From: a virus
Virus record (IMG/VR): IMGVR_UViG_3300022700_000177
Coordinates: 1-64,000 of that record
Length of the DNA stretch: 64,000 nucleotides
Strand: one strand, 5' to 3'
How positions within the stretch are numbered: the stretch's first letter is position 1; each line of letters starts with the position of its first letter. Under the pieces are notes generated by a model. That model searched no databases and had not been told where the DNA came from. It saw only the letters and a list, made by a program, of their open reading frames with translations. The position numbers were made by a program, and so were the translations under genes. Below, piece after piece: positions 26,517 to 36,017 of the stretch.

Positions 26517-27071
26517 ATGCCTACGAAAGCATTTGTTGAAAATCTGGTGTCCCATTGGAAAGAAGACCCTAATCTTCAAGAGACACCAGAAAGAATTGAA
26601 CGAATGTATAGGGAAGAGCTTTTCAAAAATGTGGATAAGGAATTTACAGATTGGAAAGCATTCCCTAATGAGAAAGGTTATAATCAACTCATTGTATTTG
26701 ACAGGATTTTCTTTTCGTCAACTTGCTCCCACCATTTCGTCCCCTTCACAGGCTTTGCCTACATTGCATATATACCTGGAGATTATTTGGTGGGGGCAAG
26801 TAAGCCTATGAGAGCTGTTGAACATTACGCAGCAAGACCGCAAATCCAAGAAAATCTATGTCACGAAGTGTTACAAAGTTTCACTGAAGCAGCAAAACCT
26901 ATCGGTGCTGCTGTTATAATGAAAGCTTCTCATATGTGTGTGGTTGGTAGAGGAGCTAAACAACCTACATCAAAGATGGTTACATCTGCTTTGTTTGGAA
27001 AGTGTTTTGAGGATAAGGTAAAATGGGAAATTTTTGAACTAATTAAACTTCAAGGAGGATTACATGACTGA
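26517..27071 (+). CDS. folE: GTP cyclohydrolase I
   Basis: ETPER, STCSHHFVPF, RPQIQE, HMC..GRG. Confidence 0.92.
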   Translation: MPTKAFVENLVSHWKEDPNLQETPERIERMYREELFKNVDKEFTDWKAFPNEKGYNQLIVFDRIFFSSTCSHHFVPFTGFAYIAYIPGDYLVGASKPMRAVEHYAARPQIQENLCHEVLQSFTEAAKPIGAAVIMKASHMCVVGRGAKQPTSKMVTSALFGKCFEDKVKWEIFELIKLQGGLHD

Positions 27072-27264
27072 TTATAGCGAACTCGATACTTTGGAAGAGG
27101 TTCATAATGTAATTATGAGTGAAATGGAAGACTACCAAAACAACGCCGCAAAAGCTATTGAAAAAGGTAACAAGTCTGCTGCTCGTAGAGCAAGGTCAGC
27201 ACTTCAAAACATTACTAAGTTGAAAAAGCCTTTCAAAGAAATGTCAATGGATATAGGGAAGTAA
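27064..27264 (+). CDS. Hc1-like (histone H1-like) nucleoid protein
   Basis: EKGNKSAARRARSALQNITKL motif. Confidence 0.65.
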   Translation: MTDYSELDTLEEVHNVIMSEMEDYQNNAAKAIEKGNKSAARRARSALQNITKLKKPFKEMSMDIGK

Positions 27265-27285
27265 ATCTTCTGAAAGGTTAACTTG

Positions 27286-27320
27286 AAATGGCGGGGTTTT
27301 TCATCCCGCCATTTTTGTTT
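27286..27320 (+). terminator. rho-independent terminator
   Basis: AAATGGCGGG..CCCGCCATTT then TTGTTT. Confidence 0.8.
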
Positions 27321-27342
27321 CGGAAAAGGAGGGTAAAAAAAA

Positions 27343-27603
27343 ATGGAGATTATGGTATATAAAAACAAAAACGGACAAGAATTTATAAAACAGGTAAAGA
27401 TTTGTTGTCCAGAAATGAGTAGAATAATTTGTGAGGACCCTCAGGTTAGAGCAAATATGAATATTCCATTCTTTTCTGTGAGATCCAGGATATTATATAC
27501 TTTTGATAAAGCATCACTTCAAATTGATTATTGCCCATATTGCGGTGAAAAAATAGAGGTACTAAAAAGAGAATATGACCCAAACACAGAAAGTACAGCA
27601 TAA
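27343..27603 (+). CDS. Zn-binding hypothetical protein
   Basis: CC...YCPYCG. Confidence 0.7.
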   Translation: MEIMVYKNKNGQEFIKQVKICCPEMSRIICEDPQVRANMNIPFFSVRSRILYTFDKASLQIDYCPYCGEKIEVLKREYDPNTESTA

Positions 27604-27616
27604 AAAGGATGCTTAT

Positions 27617-28753
27617 ATGAGAATAATATATTTTCCTTTAGAGTCCTATAAAGAAAGATATACTTGCCAACTCAGTGCAGCTAATACAGGTTGGCTCCAC
27701 TCCAGATGGCTGGAAAATGAAATTCCAGTAATAAGAATAAAAGGCGATACAGCATTTTCAACAGCTATTAAGACAGGCAGCGTTCTTGATGCCACAAGAA
27801 GACCCCAATATGCTTGTTCCCAAGTAAGAGAATATTTGTACTATCTTGAGGATGAAAAATTCAGTAAAGAAGATGTAATTTACTTTGATGATTTTTTTCA
27901 TCCAGGAATTGAAGCAATTGCTTATGCTCACAATCTTATGAGCAGGTATAATAATCATTACAAGAAAAAGGGCTTGCCAAGAATGTATGCCTTGCTTCAT
28001 GCACAGTCTGTGGATGTTTATGATTTCACTTATCAGATGCGGGACTGGATGCGTTATTATGAAATGATGGTTGGCAGTATTCTTGATGGTGTTTTTGTTT
28101 CTTGTAATTTATTAAAGGAATTAGTTGATAAAGCAGGTATAAGCCATCCAACAAAGGTACATTCTGTAGGGCTGCCTTTTAATTCTGACAGAGTAAGAGA
28201 CTATTTTCCTAAAAAGATCCCAGAAAAGAAAAGACAGGTTATCTTTAGTTCCAGATGGGATGATGAAAAAGACCCTTCTTTATTTTTAGAATTGGCATAC
28301 TATGCAAAAAAGTATGACCCTACAATTAAGTTTGTTATCACAACATCCCAACCAAAATTAAGAAGTAACTTTGGGGGGCTTCTTTCTTTATTGCATAAAG
28401 CTCTTGCAGAATTGCCAAATCTTGAATTAAGGGAAAACCAATCAAAAACACAATACTATGAAAACCTTTTGGAATCAAAAATACAATTCAATTGTGCCGA
28501 TCAGGATTTTATTTCATGGACTTTATTAGAAGCATTGGTATGTAAATGTATTCCTGTATATCCAAATTTTAGGAGCTTTCCTGAAGTTTTACCTTCTGGG
28601 TACTTATATGAAAAAAGAAAGGTACAAGAGGCATTTGCTTTGATAAATTTCTTTATGGATTTAGAATTTCCAACCCCATTAATAGATGTATATAAAAACC
28701 AGGATCTTACATGGAAAAGAATGTTAGATATTATGGAGGAAGACAATGGATAG
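27617..28753 (+). CDS. GT-B fold glycosyltransferase within the deazaguanine cluster
   Basis: PLESYKERYT, FSSRWDDEKDP, LLEA..C.PVYP..RSFPE. Confidence 0.75.
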   Translation: MRIIYFPLESYKERYTCQLSAANTGWLHSRWLENEIPVIRIKGDTAFSTAIKTGSVLDATRRPQYACSQVREYLYYLEDEKFSKEDVIYFDDFFHPGIEAIAYAHNLMSRYNNHYKKKGLPRMYALLHAQSVDVYDFTYQMRDWMRYYEMMVGSILDGVFVSCNLLKELVDKAGISHPTKVHSVGLPFNSDRVRDYFPKKIPEKKRQVIFSSRWDDEKDPSLFLELAYYAKKYDPTIKFVITTSQPKLRSNFGGLLSLLHKALAELPNLELRENQSKTQYYENLLESKIQFNCADQDFISWTLLEALVCKCIPVYPNFRSFPEVLPSGYLYEKRKVQEAFALINFFMDLEFPTPLIDVYKNQDLTWKRMLDIMEEDNG

Positions 28754-29075
28754 ACATACAGAAATATTTATAACTACTTTTTTCCCTGCTTATCATAGGT
28801 GGGTTGACGCTCCTGAAAAGTATTGGGTATTGAGAGAATACCACAGACATATATTTCATGTGTCTATGAATTGGGAGGTATCCCATGCTAACAGGGAAAT
28901 TGAATTTATCGAAATGAAAAACAAAGTGGATGCGTATATTGAAAAGGAACTAAAGAATAAATATTTTAATTATTCCTGTGAAATGTTAGCTAAAATACTA
29001 TTAATGAGCTTTGAGGCTTCTTCGGTAACTGTATCTGAAGATGGTGAGAATGGGGCAACTGTAATTGTTAAATAG
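28746..29075 (+). CDS. QueD-like T-fold protein, DpdL-type (putative CDG decarboxylase)
   Basis: H.W..AP, LREYHRHIF (LxxxHRHxF), REIEF, SCEM, VSEDGENGA. Confidence 0.65.
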   Translation: MDRHTEIFITTFFPAYHRWVDAPEKYWVLREYHRHIFHVSMNWEVSHANREIEFIEMKNKVDAYIEKELKNKYFNYSCEMLAKILLMSFEASSVTVSEDGENGATVIVK

Positions 29076-29084
29076 GAGTAAGGT

Positions 29085-29348
29085 ATGTCAAGAATTACAT
29101 GGGAACCCTCAAAACGCCAATATGGTTCAGGCGAAGAAGGAAAATTAGATAAATATATAATTTTTGAATTGTTCTATGATGGGAGTAGACCAAAAAGTAA
29201 GGAAGTTCCTCCATATAAATTAGTGTGCCTACTTCCAGGAATAAAAGAGCATCTGGGACATTATAATCAAAAAGAAGGGAAAGAATTTGCTGAAAGGGTT
29301 TTAGAACATTGGCTTAAAAATGCGGGATTAATTAAAAAAGAGAATTAA
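29085..29348 (+). CDS. hypothetical protein
   Basis: AGGAG RBS. Confidence 0.7.
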   Translation: MSRITWEPSKRQYGSGEEGKLDKYIIFELFYDGSRPKSKEVPPYKLVCLLPGIKEHLGHYNQKEGKEFAERVLEHWLKNAGLIKKEN

Positions 29349-29349
29349 A

Positions 29350-29880
29350 ATGAAGAGGATTCTAAAAACAAATAGAGGAACTATTATGTCAAGAGAATTA
29401 GAGGACCTCGTCCCAAGATTACATGACGCAGCATTGAAAATGAAGGATGCGTTTGAATTAGCTTTTAAAGATGAAAATATAGAATTGTTAATTTATTGCA
29501 CATATAGATCCTTTGAAGAGCAAGCAAAACTTTATCGTCAGGGAAGGCCCTTTCATGTCATACAAGGAATGGCAATAAGGTTAAAGAAAAAATACAATAG
29601 GGAAGACCTGCATGACATTTTATTAGGAGTTGGCCCTCAATATGGAAAGAAGGTGACTTATGCAGCTCCAGGACAATCCTTGCATAATTACAGAATGGCC
29701 TTTGATGCTGTTCCTTTAAAGGCAGGGAGGAAGCCCTTATGGAGTAAAAAAGAAGAGACATGGCAAGTATATGGAAGAATAGCAACACAATCAGGACTTG
29801 AATGGGCTGGAAATTGGAAGCGATTCAAAGAGTTTCCTCATGTCCAACTTCCAAACTTAGACTGGAGACAATTAATTTGA
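29350..29880 (+). CDS. M15 family peptidase (L-Ala-D-Glu-type endolysin)
   Basis: YRSFEEQAKLY, SLHNY..AFD, EFPH. Confidence 0.85.
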   Translation: MKRILKTNRGTIMSRELEDLVPRLHDAALKMKDAFELAFKDENIELLIYCTYRSFEEQAKLYRQGRPFHVIQGMAIRLKKKYNREDLHDILLGVGPQYGKKVTYAAPGQSLHNYRMAFDAVPLKAGRKPLWSKKEETWQVYGRIATQSGLEWAGNWKRFKEFPHVQLPNLDWRQLI

Positions 29881-30842
29881 ACCACAAAGATTTCAAACTA
29901 ATGGTCGATAGTGGGGCACACGGCCTTTTCACTCACCTTGTAAGAAAAGGCCATAGAATTGATGAATCTCATAGATGGGACTGGAAAAACTATGAATCTG
30001 ATGCGTTCAAACACTATGCGGAATACTACATACAATTCCTGAAAGAGTATAAACATCTTCTGGATTACTACATAACCATTGATGCCATTTATGAACCTGA
30101 AATATCTTATAGATGGTATAGATATTTAAAAGATGAACATGGATTAGATCCTATTCCTGTTTATCATTACAATGAACCTCTAAAGTATTTTGAGAAGTAT
30201 CTACAAGAGACTGATTATGTTGCCATATCAGGACTTGGACAGGGCATACCAAAAGATAAGTATATTAAGTGGGCTGACTCTGTTTTTGATATTGTATGCG
30301 ATAATAAAGGTGCATTGCCAAAGTATAAGATACATGGTTTAGCTTTAACATCATTGCAGATTATAATGCGGTATCCATTCTACTCTGTAGACTCAAGCAC
30401 TTGGGTACGCTATGCTCAGTTTGGAAAGATAATGTTACCAAAAGTCATAAGAGGGGAGAGAAGATATGACGTTATACCAAATGTCATTCACACCTCAACA
30501 AGATCACCCTATATGTACAATGGAGACATACAACACTTTCATAATTTATCCAAAACGGAACAAAAATTTATCTTGACATATCTGAAAGAGCTTGGCATAA
30601 AGTATGGCAAAAGTCATTTCAAAACAGTAGATAAAGATTACACACCCAAAAAACACGAAAAGACATGGGGCAAGCCAAAAGATGGAAAGCGCACCATTGA
30701 AGTTATAAAAGAATACGGTGTTTCTAATAGGCATGAATACAGATGCCTTGTAAACATGATATTCTTTTGTAGAGTGGAGCACTTTCTTAAATGGCCGAGA
30801 CCTTGGCAACATAAAAAGAAGAAATTCATGAGGATATTATAA
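29877..30842 (+). CDS. TGT-fold DNA deazaguanine transglycosylase (DpdA-like)
   Basis: MVDSGA, IDAI, PIPVYH, YVAISG, IHGL, FYSVDSSTW; TTG start overlapping the endolysin stop. Confidence 0.75.
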   Translation: MNHKDFKLMVDSGAHGLFTHLVRKGHRIDESHRWDWKNYESDAFKHYAEYYIQFLKEYKHLLDYYITIDAIYEPEISYRWYRYLKDEHGLDPIPVYHYNEPLKYFEKYLQETDYVAISGLGQGIPKDKYIKWADSVFDIVCDNKGALPKYKIHGLALTSLQIIMRYPFYSVDSSTWVRYAQFGKIMLPKVIRGERRYDVIPNVIHTSTRSPYMYNGDIQHFHNLSKTEQKFILTYLKELGIKYGKSHFKTVDKDYTPKKHEKTWGKPKDGKRTIEVIKEYGVSNRHEYRCLVNMIFFCRVEHFLKWPRPWQHKKKKFMRIL

Positions 30843-31144
30843 TGGATTTGTCTCTTACAAAAATGGATTCCTTCAGTATGAAAGACCCATATACAATACC
30901 AAAAAGTGAACTTGTTCTTCAGTTTCTTAATAAAGGTGGGGTCTTTAGATATAACGATGTTGAATTATGTTTATCAGATGAAGACAAGCTTTGTGCAATA
31001 GAAATTGAAGATGATGAAGAGGTACTGTATGAATTTCATATTGGTTTCAATAACTTTGTTGGGATGTGTAATGAAATAACAGAAGAAGTAAGGTTACATA
31101 TGTTCCTTTTTATACAAGAGCCAAGAACAAAATCAGATGCTTGA
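30842..31144 (+). CDS. hypothetical protein
   Basis: coupled ORF. Confidence 0.65.
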   Translation: MDLSLTKMDSFSMKDPYTIPKSELVLQFLNKGGVFRYNDVELCLSDEDKLCAIEIEDDEEVLYEFHIGFNNFVGMCNEITEEVRLHMFLFIQEPRTKSDA

Positions 31145-31413
31145 GGTACTACATGACTAAAATTTTTCTGGTGGGCAACTACGATACCCTTATATACCTC
31201 CACAAAGAAAAGAAAGTAAAGCGATTTGTTGAAAAGCTTGGCTATAAGTATAGAAGGCTGGTATCCTTTTGGGACTTTCATAGGATGCCAAATATTATGG
31301 ATTTCAAAGAAGAAATTATAACAGGAAAAAAACCAGAGGAGGATCAGGATGAAACTACCCTTGAGAAGTTTAAAAGAATCCATAAGGAAAGTCAAAGTTG
31401 GGATATCGACTAA
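31141..31413 (+). CDS. small protein resembling the N-terminal segment of DpdA-like enzymes
   Basis: KIFLVGN...RRLVSFW. Confidence 0.45.
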   Translation: MRYYMTKIFLVGNYDTLIYLHKEKKVKRFVEKLGYKYRRLVSFWDFHRMPNIMDFKEEIITGKKPEEDQDETTLEKFKRIHKESQSWDID

Positions 31414-32386
31414 GGATTTAGTTGAAGAACTCACCCACCTTTCATTCATAAATGGTAACATTGTTGCCTATAATGACAAACTTTGTGTTATAAGCCCGTT
31501 CCCACAGATAGAGGACAATTTCAGTATCAAAGCACAGGATTTCCAAAAGATGTTGGATTCCTTTTCAGATGAAGAAATAAAATTTGAGATCAAAACTGAG
31601 AATGAAAAGCATACAGTAAAGCTTTCTTCAAAAGACACAATATCAGAAATTGAAGTCAACAAGGATTTAAGAGTCATTGAAGAGGTCTTTGATAGCTTTG
31701 ATCTAAAGAAAGGTTTCAAGAAGTTAAAAACTAAGGAATTCATGAGGAATTTAGGTCTTGTGAGTTTCAGTGCAGACAAGTCAATATCAGAACAAAACCT
31801 TCACTGTGTTGCTTTGAAAGACGGTCTTCTGATGTCAACCGATGGCTTGCGTTTTTCTTTATATGAAATTGAAGAGGATCTTGAGGGGTTCTTAATTCCT
31901 GCTGACTCAGCAAACAAAGTTTCTCATGTAGAAGCAACACACGTCAAAATTGAAAATGACTGGGCAATATTCAAAGATAATGGGGGTACTTTCTATGCTT
32001 GTAGAAATGTAGCAGGGGAATATCCTGATTTGAAAGAATATGTTAAAGGGCTGTCTTTCAAAGAAGAGGTATATGAATTTCCAAAAGGTACTCAGTCACT
32101 TATCAATTCCATTTCATTCATGTGTGATGGCGACACCCCATTTGAAAAAAGTGTAACGGTAAGTATGTCACCAAAAGGACTTGTTATTACTGCAAGAAAA
32201 TCTAATGGATATATTAAAAAGAAGCTGAAAGCTAAGTATAAAAAAGAAGTAGTATTCCAGATAAATCCAGATGCATTATATGATATATTGTCAATCACAA
32301 ATGAGGTTATGTTGAGTAAAGAAAACGACATGGCAAAGTTAAGTTCTGACAATTTTACACATATTATGAGGATTGCCATACGATGA
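31349..32386 (+). CDS. DNA polymerase III beta-like sliding clamp
   Basis: 345 aa; MSTDGLR, GEYPD; position before the polymerase. Confidence 0.8.
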   Translation: MKLPLRSLKESIRKVKVGISTKDLVEELTHLSFINGNIVAYNDKLCVISPFPQIEDNFSIKAQDFQKMLDSFSDEEIKFEIKTENEKHTVKLSSKDTISEIEVNKDLRVIEEVFDSFDLKKGFKKLKTKEFMRNLGLVSFSADKSISEQNLHCVALKDGLLMSTDGLRFSLYEIEEDLEGFLIPADSANKVSHVEATHVKIENDWAIFKDNGGTFYACRNVAGEYPDLKEYVKGLSFKEEVYEFPKGTQSLINSISFMCDGDTPFEKSVTVSMSPKGLVITARKSNGYIKKKLKAKYKKEVVFQINPDALYDILSITNEVMLSKENDMAKLSSDNFTHIMRIAIR

Positions 32387-35022
32387 CTTTTCAAAGCTTT
32401 GGTTTTGTTGATCCATATTTGCCGAAGTGCAGTAAATGCGGTCTTAATAAAGACTGCAAAACACCGAAGATGAGACATAGCGGTGAGGGCAAGCTTAAAA
32501 CTCTCATTATTGGAGAGCGACCTGGGGCTGAAGAGGACAGAGAAGGTATACAGTTTGTAGGAGAAGCTGGCTTTGCGTTTGAGAAACTTTTGAAACAATA
32601 TGGATTAAAACTCCATTATGATTTTTGGCTCATCAATGCCACAAACTGCTTTGTAAAAGGCAATCCAAAGCCCACACGAAATGAACTTTTATATTGCTGG
32701 CCTTTGGTTCAGAAAGCAATTGATACTTTGAGTCCAGATAATATATGGCTTATGGGGGGTTCTGTAATTGAAGCATTTTTTATGAAAAGGTTTTCCACTG
32801 ATACTTCAATTACAAGATTTAGAGGATTTAGAATACCAGACAGAGACTACAATGCTTGGCTTTTCCCAATGTACCATCCAAGCTATGTTCTTATTAGAAA
32901 TTCACATGACCGGCACTTAAAAACAACCTATGAAAGAGACCTCAAACATGCAATTGATCATATAAATAAAGGTAAGCCTGTATTCAATGATGATTATAAG
33001 GATGAAGCACAAATTGAAACTGAGTCTAAGGACATTATAAACCATTTAACAGAAGTAAAAAAGAAAGCCAAGTTCTTCTTTTTTGACTTTGAGACAAGCG
33101 GACTAAAGCCATATAACAAAGGACACAAGATTTACACAATAAGCCATGCTGCGCTTGACAATAAATATAACACAATTTCATTAGCTTCCTACCCACTTCA
33201 ATACCCAAATCATTTCAAAAAACAAGAAGTAATTGATATTAGGAATGCCTTTGCCACAATCTTAAAAGATAAGAGCATAAAAAAGGCCGCACACAATATG
33301 GCTTATGAAGACGTGTGGGCAGAGTTTGTTTTGAAAGCAAAAGTTAGAAATTGGTTCTGGTGTACAATGGAAATTGCACACCTAATAGATGAAAGACACA
33401 AAACATCTGGACTCGATTTTCAATCTTATGTTCATTTAGGAATACCTGATTACAGCGGATGGCTTAGTTCCTACAAAAAATCAAAGACAGCAAACAGTTT
33501 CAACAATATGCATAGAGTGGATCTGGCAAAGCTTTTGATATATGGAGGTACTGATGCTTGGGCGATGAGAGAGTTATTTTTTCTTCAATTTGATATTTAT
33601 AAACAGGAAGAATATTTACGAAGAATATGGAAGGATTTATTTAAGAATGGAACCCTTTGCTTAACAGAAACTACGAAAGATGGTATTAAGGGAGACAGAG
33701 ATTATTTTGAAGAGAAGAGGTTGGAAGTTTCTAAAAAGGCTTCGGAGTTAAAAGAAAAGCTGAACGATTCAGATATTGGTAAACAGTTTCGTAAGAGGCA
33801 GGGAACTGAGCCAAATTTACGTTCTCCCGATGATCTAAAGATTATCGTGTATGATCTATTAGGCTGTGAGTCAGAAAAGGTTACAAAGTCAGGAAACAAG
33901 TCAGTTGATCAAGAAGTTTTGGAGAGTATTGAGGATAGTACTGGGTGGGTAAAAGAATTACTTGAATACAAAAAATTGGATAAGATTGTTGGGACTTTCA
34001 TAAAGAACATGCAAGTGGAATTGAATGATGATGGTTATATAAGACCCTCTTATTATTTACTAAATACCTCCGGGAGGTCCAGTTCCTCCTCACCGAACGT
34101 TCAGCAGATCCCGAAGAGACAAGAACAGGCTAAGAAAATTATCAGGCGGGGACTTATTGTTGAAGAGGATGAGTATCCTGGAGAAGTAGACTATGGATCA
34201 ATGGAATGGAATATTGCTACTTGCCATACAAGAGACCCCGAAATGGTTAAGTATGCCAAAGACCCAACTTCAGATATTCATAGAGATACTTGCATGGGCT
34301 TGTTTTTCATTGATGAGTTTGGGACTGATAAGGTGCATAAGAAGTTGAGGCAGATTGCAAAGAACAGCTATGTTTTTCCTGAACTGTATGGTTCTTATTG
34401 GGGAAGCTGTTCCAAGTCTTTGTGGGAAGATATTGCATTTTTGTCTTTTGAGGATGGAACTACTGTTAGGCAGCACCTTGCGAATAATGGAGTTGTTTGT
34501 TTTTCAAATCGTAAGGGAAAGAAAGAAGATCCAAAGCCTGGATCATACGAGTATCACACTAAGGAATTTGAACGTAAATTTTGGAAACGGTTCTCAACTG
34601 CTAAGGAATGGCAAGAGGAACAGATTAAATTTTATCTTAAACATGGATATATTGAGAACTTTTTTGGTTTTAGAAGGCGGGGATATCTATCTAAAAATCA
34701 GGTAATTAATACTAATATTCAAGGTGCTTCATTTCATTGTCTTCTTTGGTCAATGGTAGAAACAAAAAAGCTTGAGAAAAAAGAGAAATGGAAATCTAAA
34801 ATACGTGGACAAGTGCATGATGAAATAAAATATAGTGCCCACAAAGATGAGTATAAACACGTTATGAAAACTTTACAGTATATCATGACTGAGAAAATCA
34901 GAGAGGTATATGATTGGATCATAGTACCGCTAAAAGCAGAGCATAGCATTGGCCCACTTGGGGGGTCATGGCTTGATGTTAAGGAATTAAGTGATGAAGA
35001 GTTCAAAGAATTTGTAAAATGA
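32383..35022 (+). CDS. family A DNA polymerase with N-terminal family-4 UDG-like and 3'-5' exonuclease domains
   Basis: CSKC, GERPG, HPSY; DFETSG; motif A DYGSME; AK...YG; QVHDE. Confidence 0.92.
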   Translation: MTFQSFGFVDPYLPKCSKCGLNKDCKTPKMRHSGEGKLKTLIIGERPGAEEDREGIQFVGEAGFAFEKLLKQYGLKLHYDFWLINATNCFVKGNPKPTRNELLYCWPLVQKAIDTLSPDNIWLMGGSVIEAFFMKRFSTDTSITRFRGFRIPDRDYNAWLFPMYHPSYVLIRNSHDRHLKTTYERDLKHAIDHINKGKPVFNDDYKDEAQIETESKDIINHLTEVKKKAKFFFFDFETSGLKPYNKGHKIYTISHAALDNKYNTISLASYPLQYPNHFKKQEVIDIRNAFATILKDKSIKKAAHNMAYEDVWAEFVLKAKVRNWFWCTMEIAHLIDERHKTSGLDFQSYVHLGIPDYSGWLSSYKKSKTANSFNNMHRVDLAKLLIYGGTDAWAMRELFFLQFDIYKQEEYLRRIWKDLFKNGTLCLTETTKDGIKGDRDYFEEKRLEVSKKASELKEKLNDSDIGKQFRKRQGTEPNLRSPDDLKIIVYDLLGCESEKVTKSGNKSVDQEVLESIEDSTGWVKELLEYKKLDKIVGTFIKNMQVELNDDGYIRPSYYLLNTSGRSSSSSPNVQQIPKRQEQAKKIIRRGLIVEEDEYPGEVDYGSMEWNIATCHTRDPEMVKYAKDPTSDIHRDTCMGLFFIDEFGTDKVHKKLRQIAKNSYVFPELYGSYWGSCSKSLWEDIAFLSFEDGTTVRQHLANNGVVCFSNRKGKKEDPKPGSYEYHTKEFERKFWKRFSTAKEWQEEQIKFYLKHGYIENFFGFRRRGYLSKNQVINTNIQGASFHCLLWSMVETKKLEKKEKWKSKIRGQVHDEIKYSAHKDEYKHVMKTLQYIMTEKIREVYDWIIVPLKAEHSIGPLGGSWLDVKELSDEEFKEFVK

Positions 35023-35963
35023 AGGAGGATGAAGTGGAAGAGAAAACACTGGAATTGAAGTATCGACCAAACAAGATTGAGGATGTGTTTGGTCAGGAGG
35101 AGACAAAGAAAGCCCTTCAAAAACTGCTACAAAGAAAAACCGGAGTACCAAAATCCTACTTGTTTCATGGTGATAGGGGATGTGGAAAAACAACGTTCAG
35201 CAGATTAATTGCTAAAGAGCTTGGTGTCAGTGGACTGGATTACAAAGAAGTGGATATGGCAGATAAAACAGGGGTAGAAAATATGCGTTCTATCATTGAA
35301 TCTGCCCACTGTTCACCAAATAAAAGCCCTTACAGGATATTCATGCTGGACGAGGTCCACCAAGTTAGTAAATCATCAATGAATGCCCTCTTGAAAACTC
35401 TTGAAGACCCACCAAAAAAGACAATCTTTATCCTATCCACTACAGACCCAGAACGCTTACTAAAAACCATTGTATCAAGATGCCACTCATTCCATATCAA
35501 ACCATTGAAGATGAAAGAGATGGGAAAACTTCTTATGCATATTTGCAAACAAGAAGGTATTAAAACCACAAATAAAGTTCTGAAAGCCATTGCAATGAAT
35601 ACTGAAGGTATTCCAAGAGAAGCATTGAAACTTCTTGATATGGTAAGAGATTGCGATAGTGAAGAGGAAGGGATTGCACTTGCTTCTAATGCTATTGTTG
35701 GGGAAAATACTGCTGGAATTGAAATATGTAAACAGATACTTGATAATCAACCTTGGAAAACACTATCAGAAACGTTGAAAAGCATTGAGAAAGATACTGA
35801 TTATGCGATATTGAGAAGGGCGATGCTTAACTATATTAAGAAAGTTCTGCATGACAAAGAAAATGAAAAACTTTTTGATCTATACGATATCCTTTGTGAT
35901 GAACCTTTCTACTATGTTCCCCAACATAAACTATTTAGAGCAGTTTACAGTTTGTATCATTAA
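35019..35963 (+). CDS. clamp loader, DnaX gamma/tau-like
   Basis: KYRP, GDRGCGKTT, LDEVH, LLKTLEDPP, SRC. Confidence 0.9.
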   Translation: MKEDEVEEKTLELKYRPNKIEDVFGQEETKKALQKLLQRKTGVPKSYLFHGDRGCGKTTFSRLIAKELGVSGLDYKEVDMADKTGVENMRSIIESAHCSPNKSPYRIFMLDEVHQVSKSSMNALLKTLEDPPKKTIFILSTTDPERLLKTIVSRCHSFHIKPLKMKEMGKLLMHICKQEGIKTTNKVLKAIAMNTEGIPREALKLLDMVRDCDSEEEGIALASNAIVGENTAGIEICKQILDNQPWKTLSETLKSIEKDTDYAILRRAMLNYIKKVLHDKENEKLFDLYDILCDEPFYYVPQHKLFRAVYSLYH

Positions 35964-35986
35964 CCGCACAGTAAACAATAAAAATA

Positions 35987-35995
35987 TGCTATAAT
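35987..35995 (+). promoter_or_regulatory. extended -10 promoter
   Basis: TG-C-TATAAT in intergenic gap. Confidence 0.6.
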
Positions 35996-36017
35996 ATGAA
36001 TAGCAAAGGAGAAGTAA

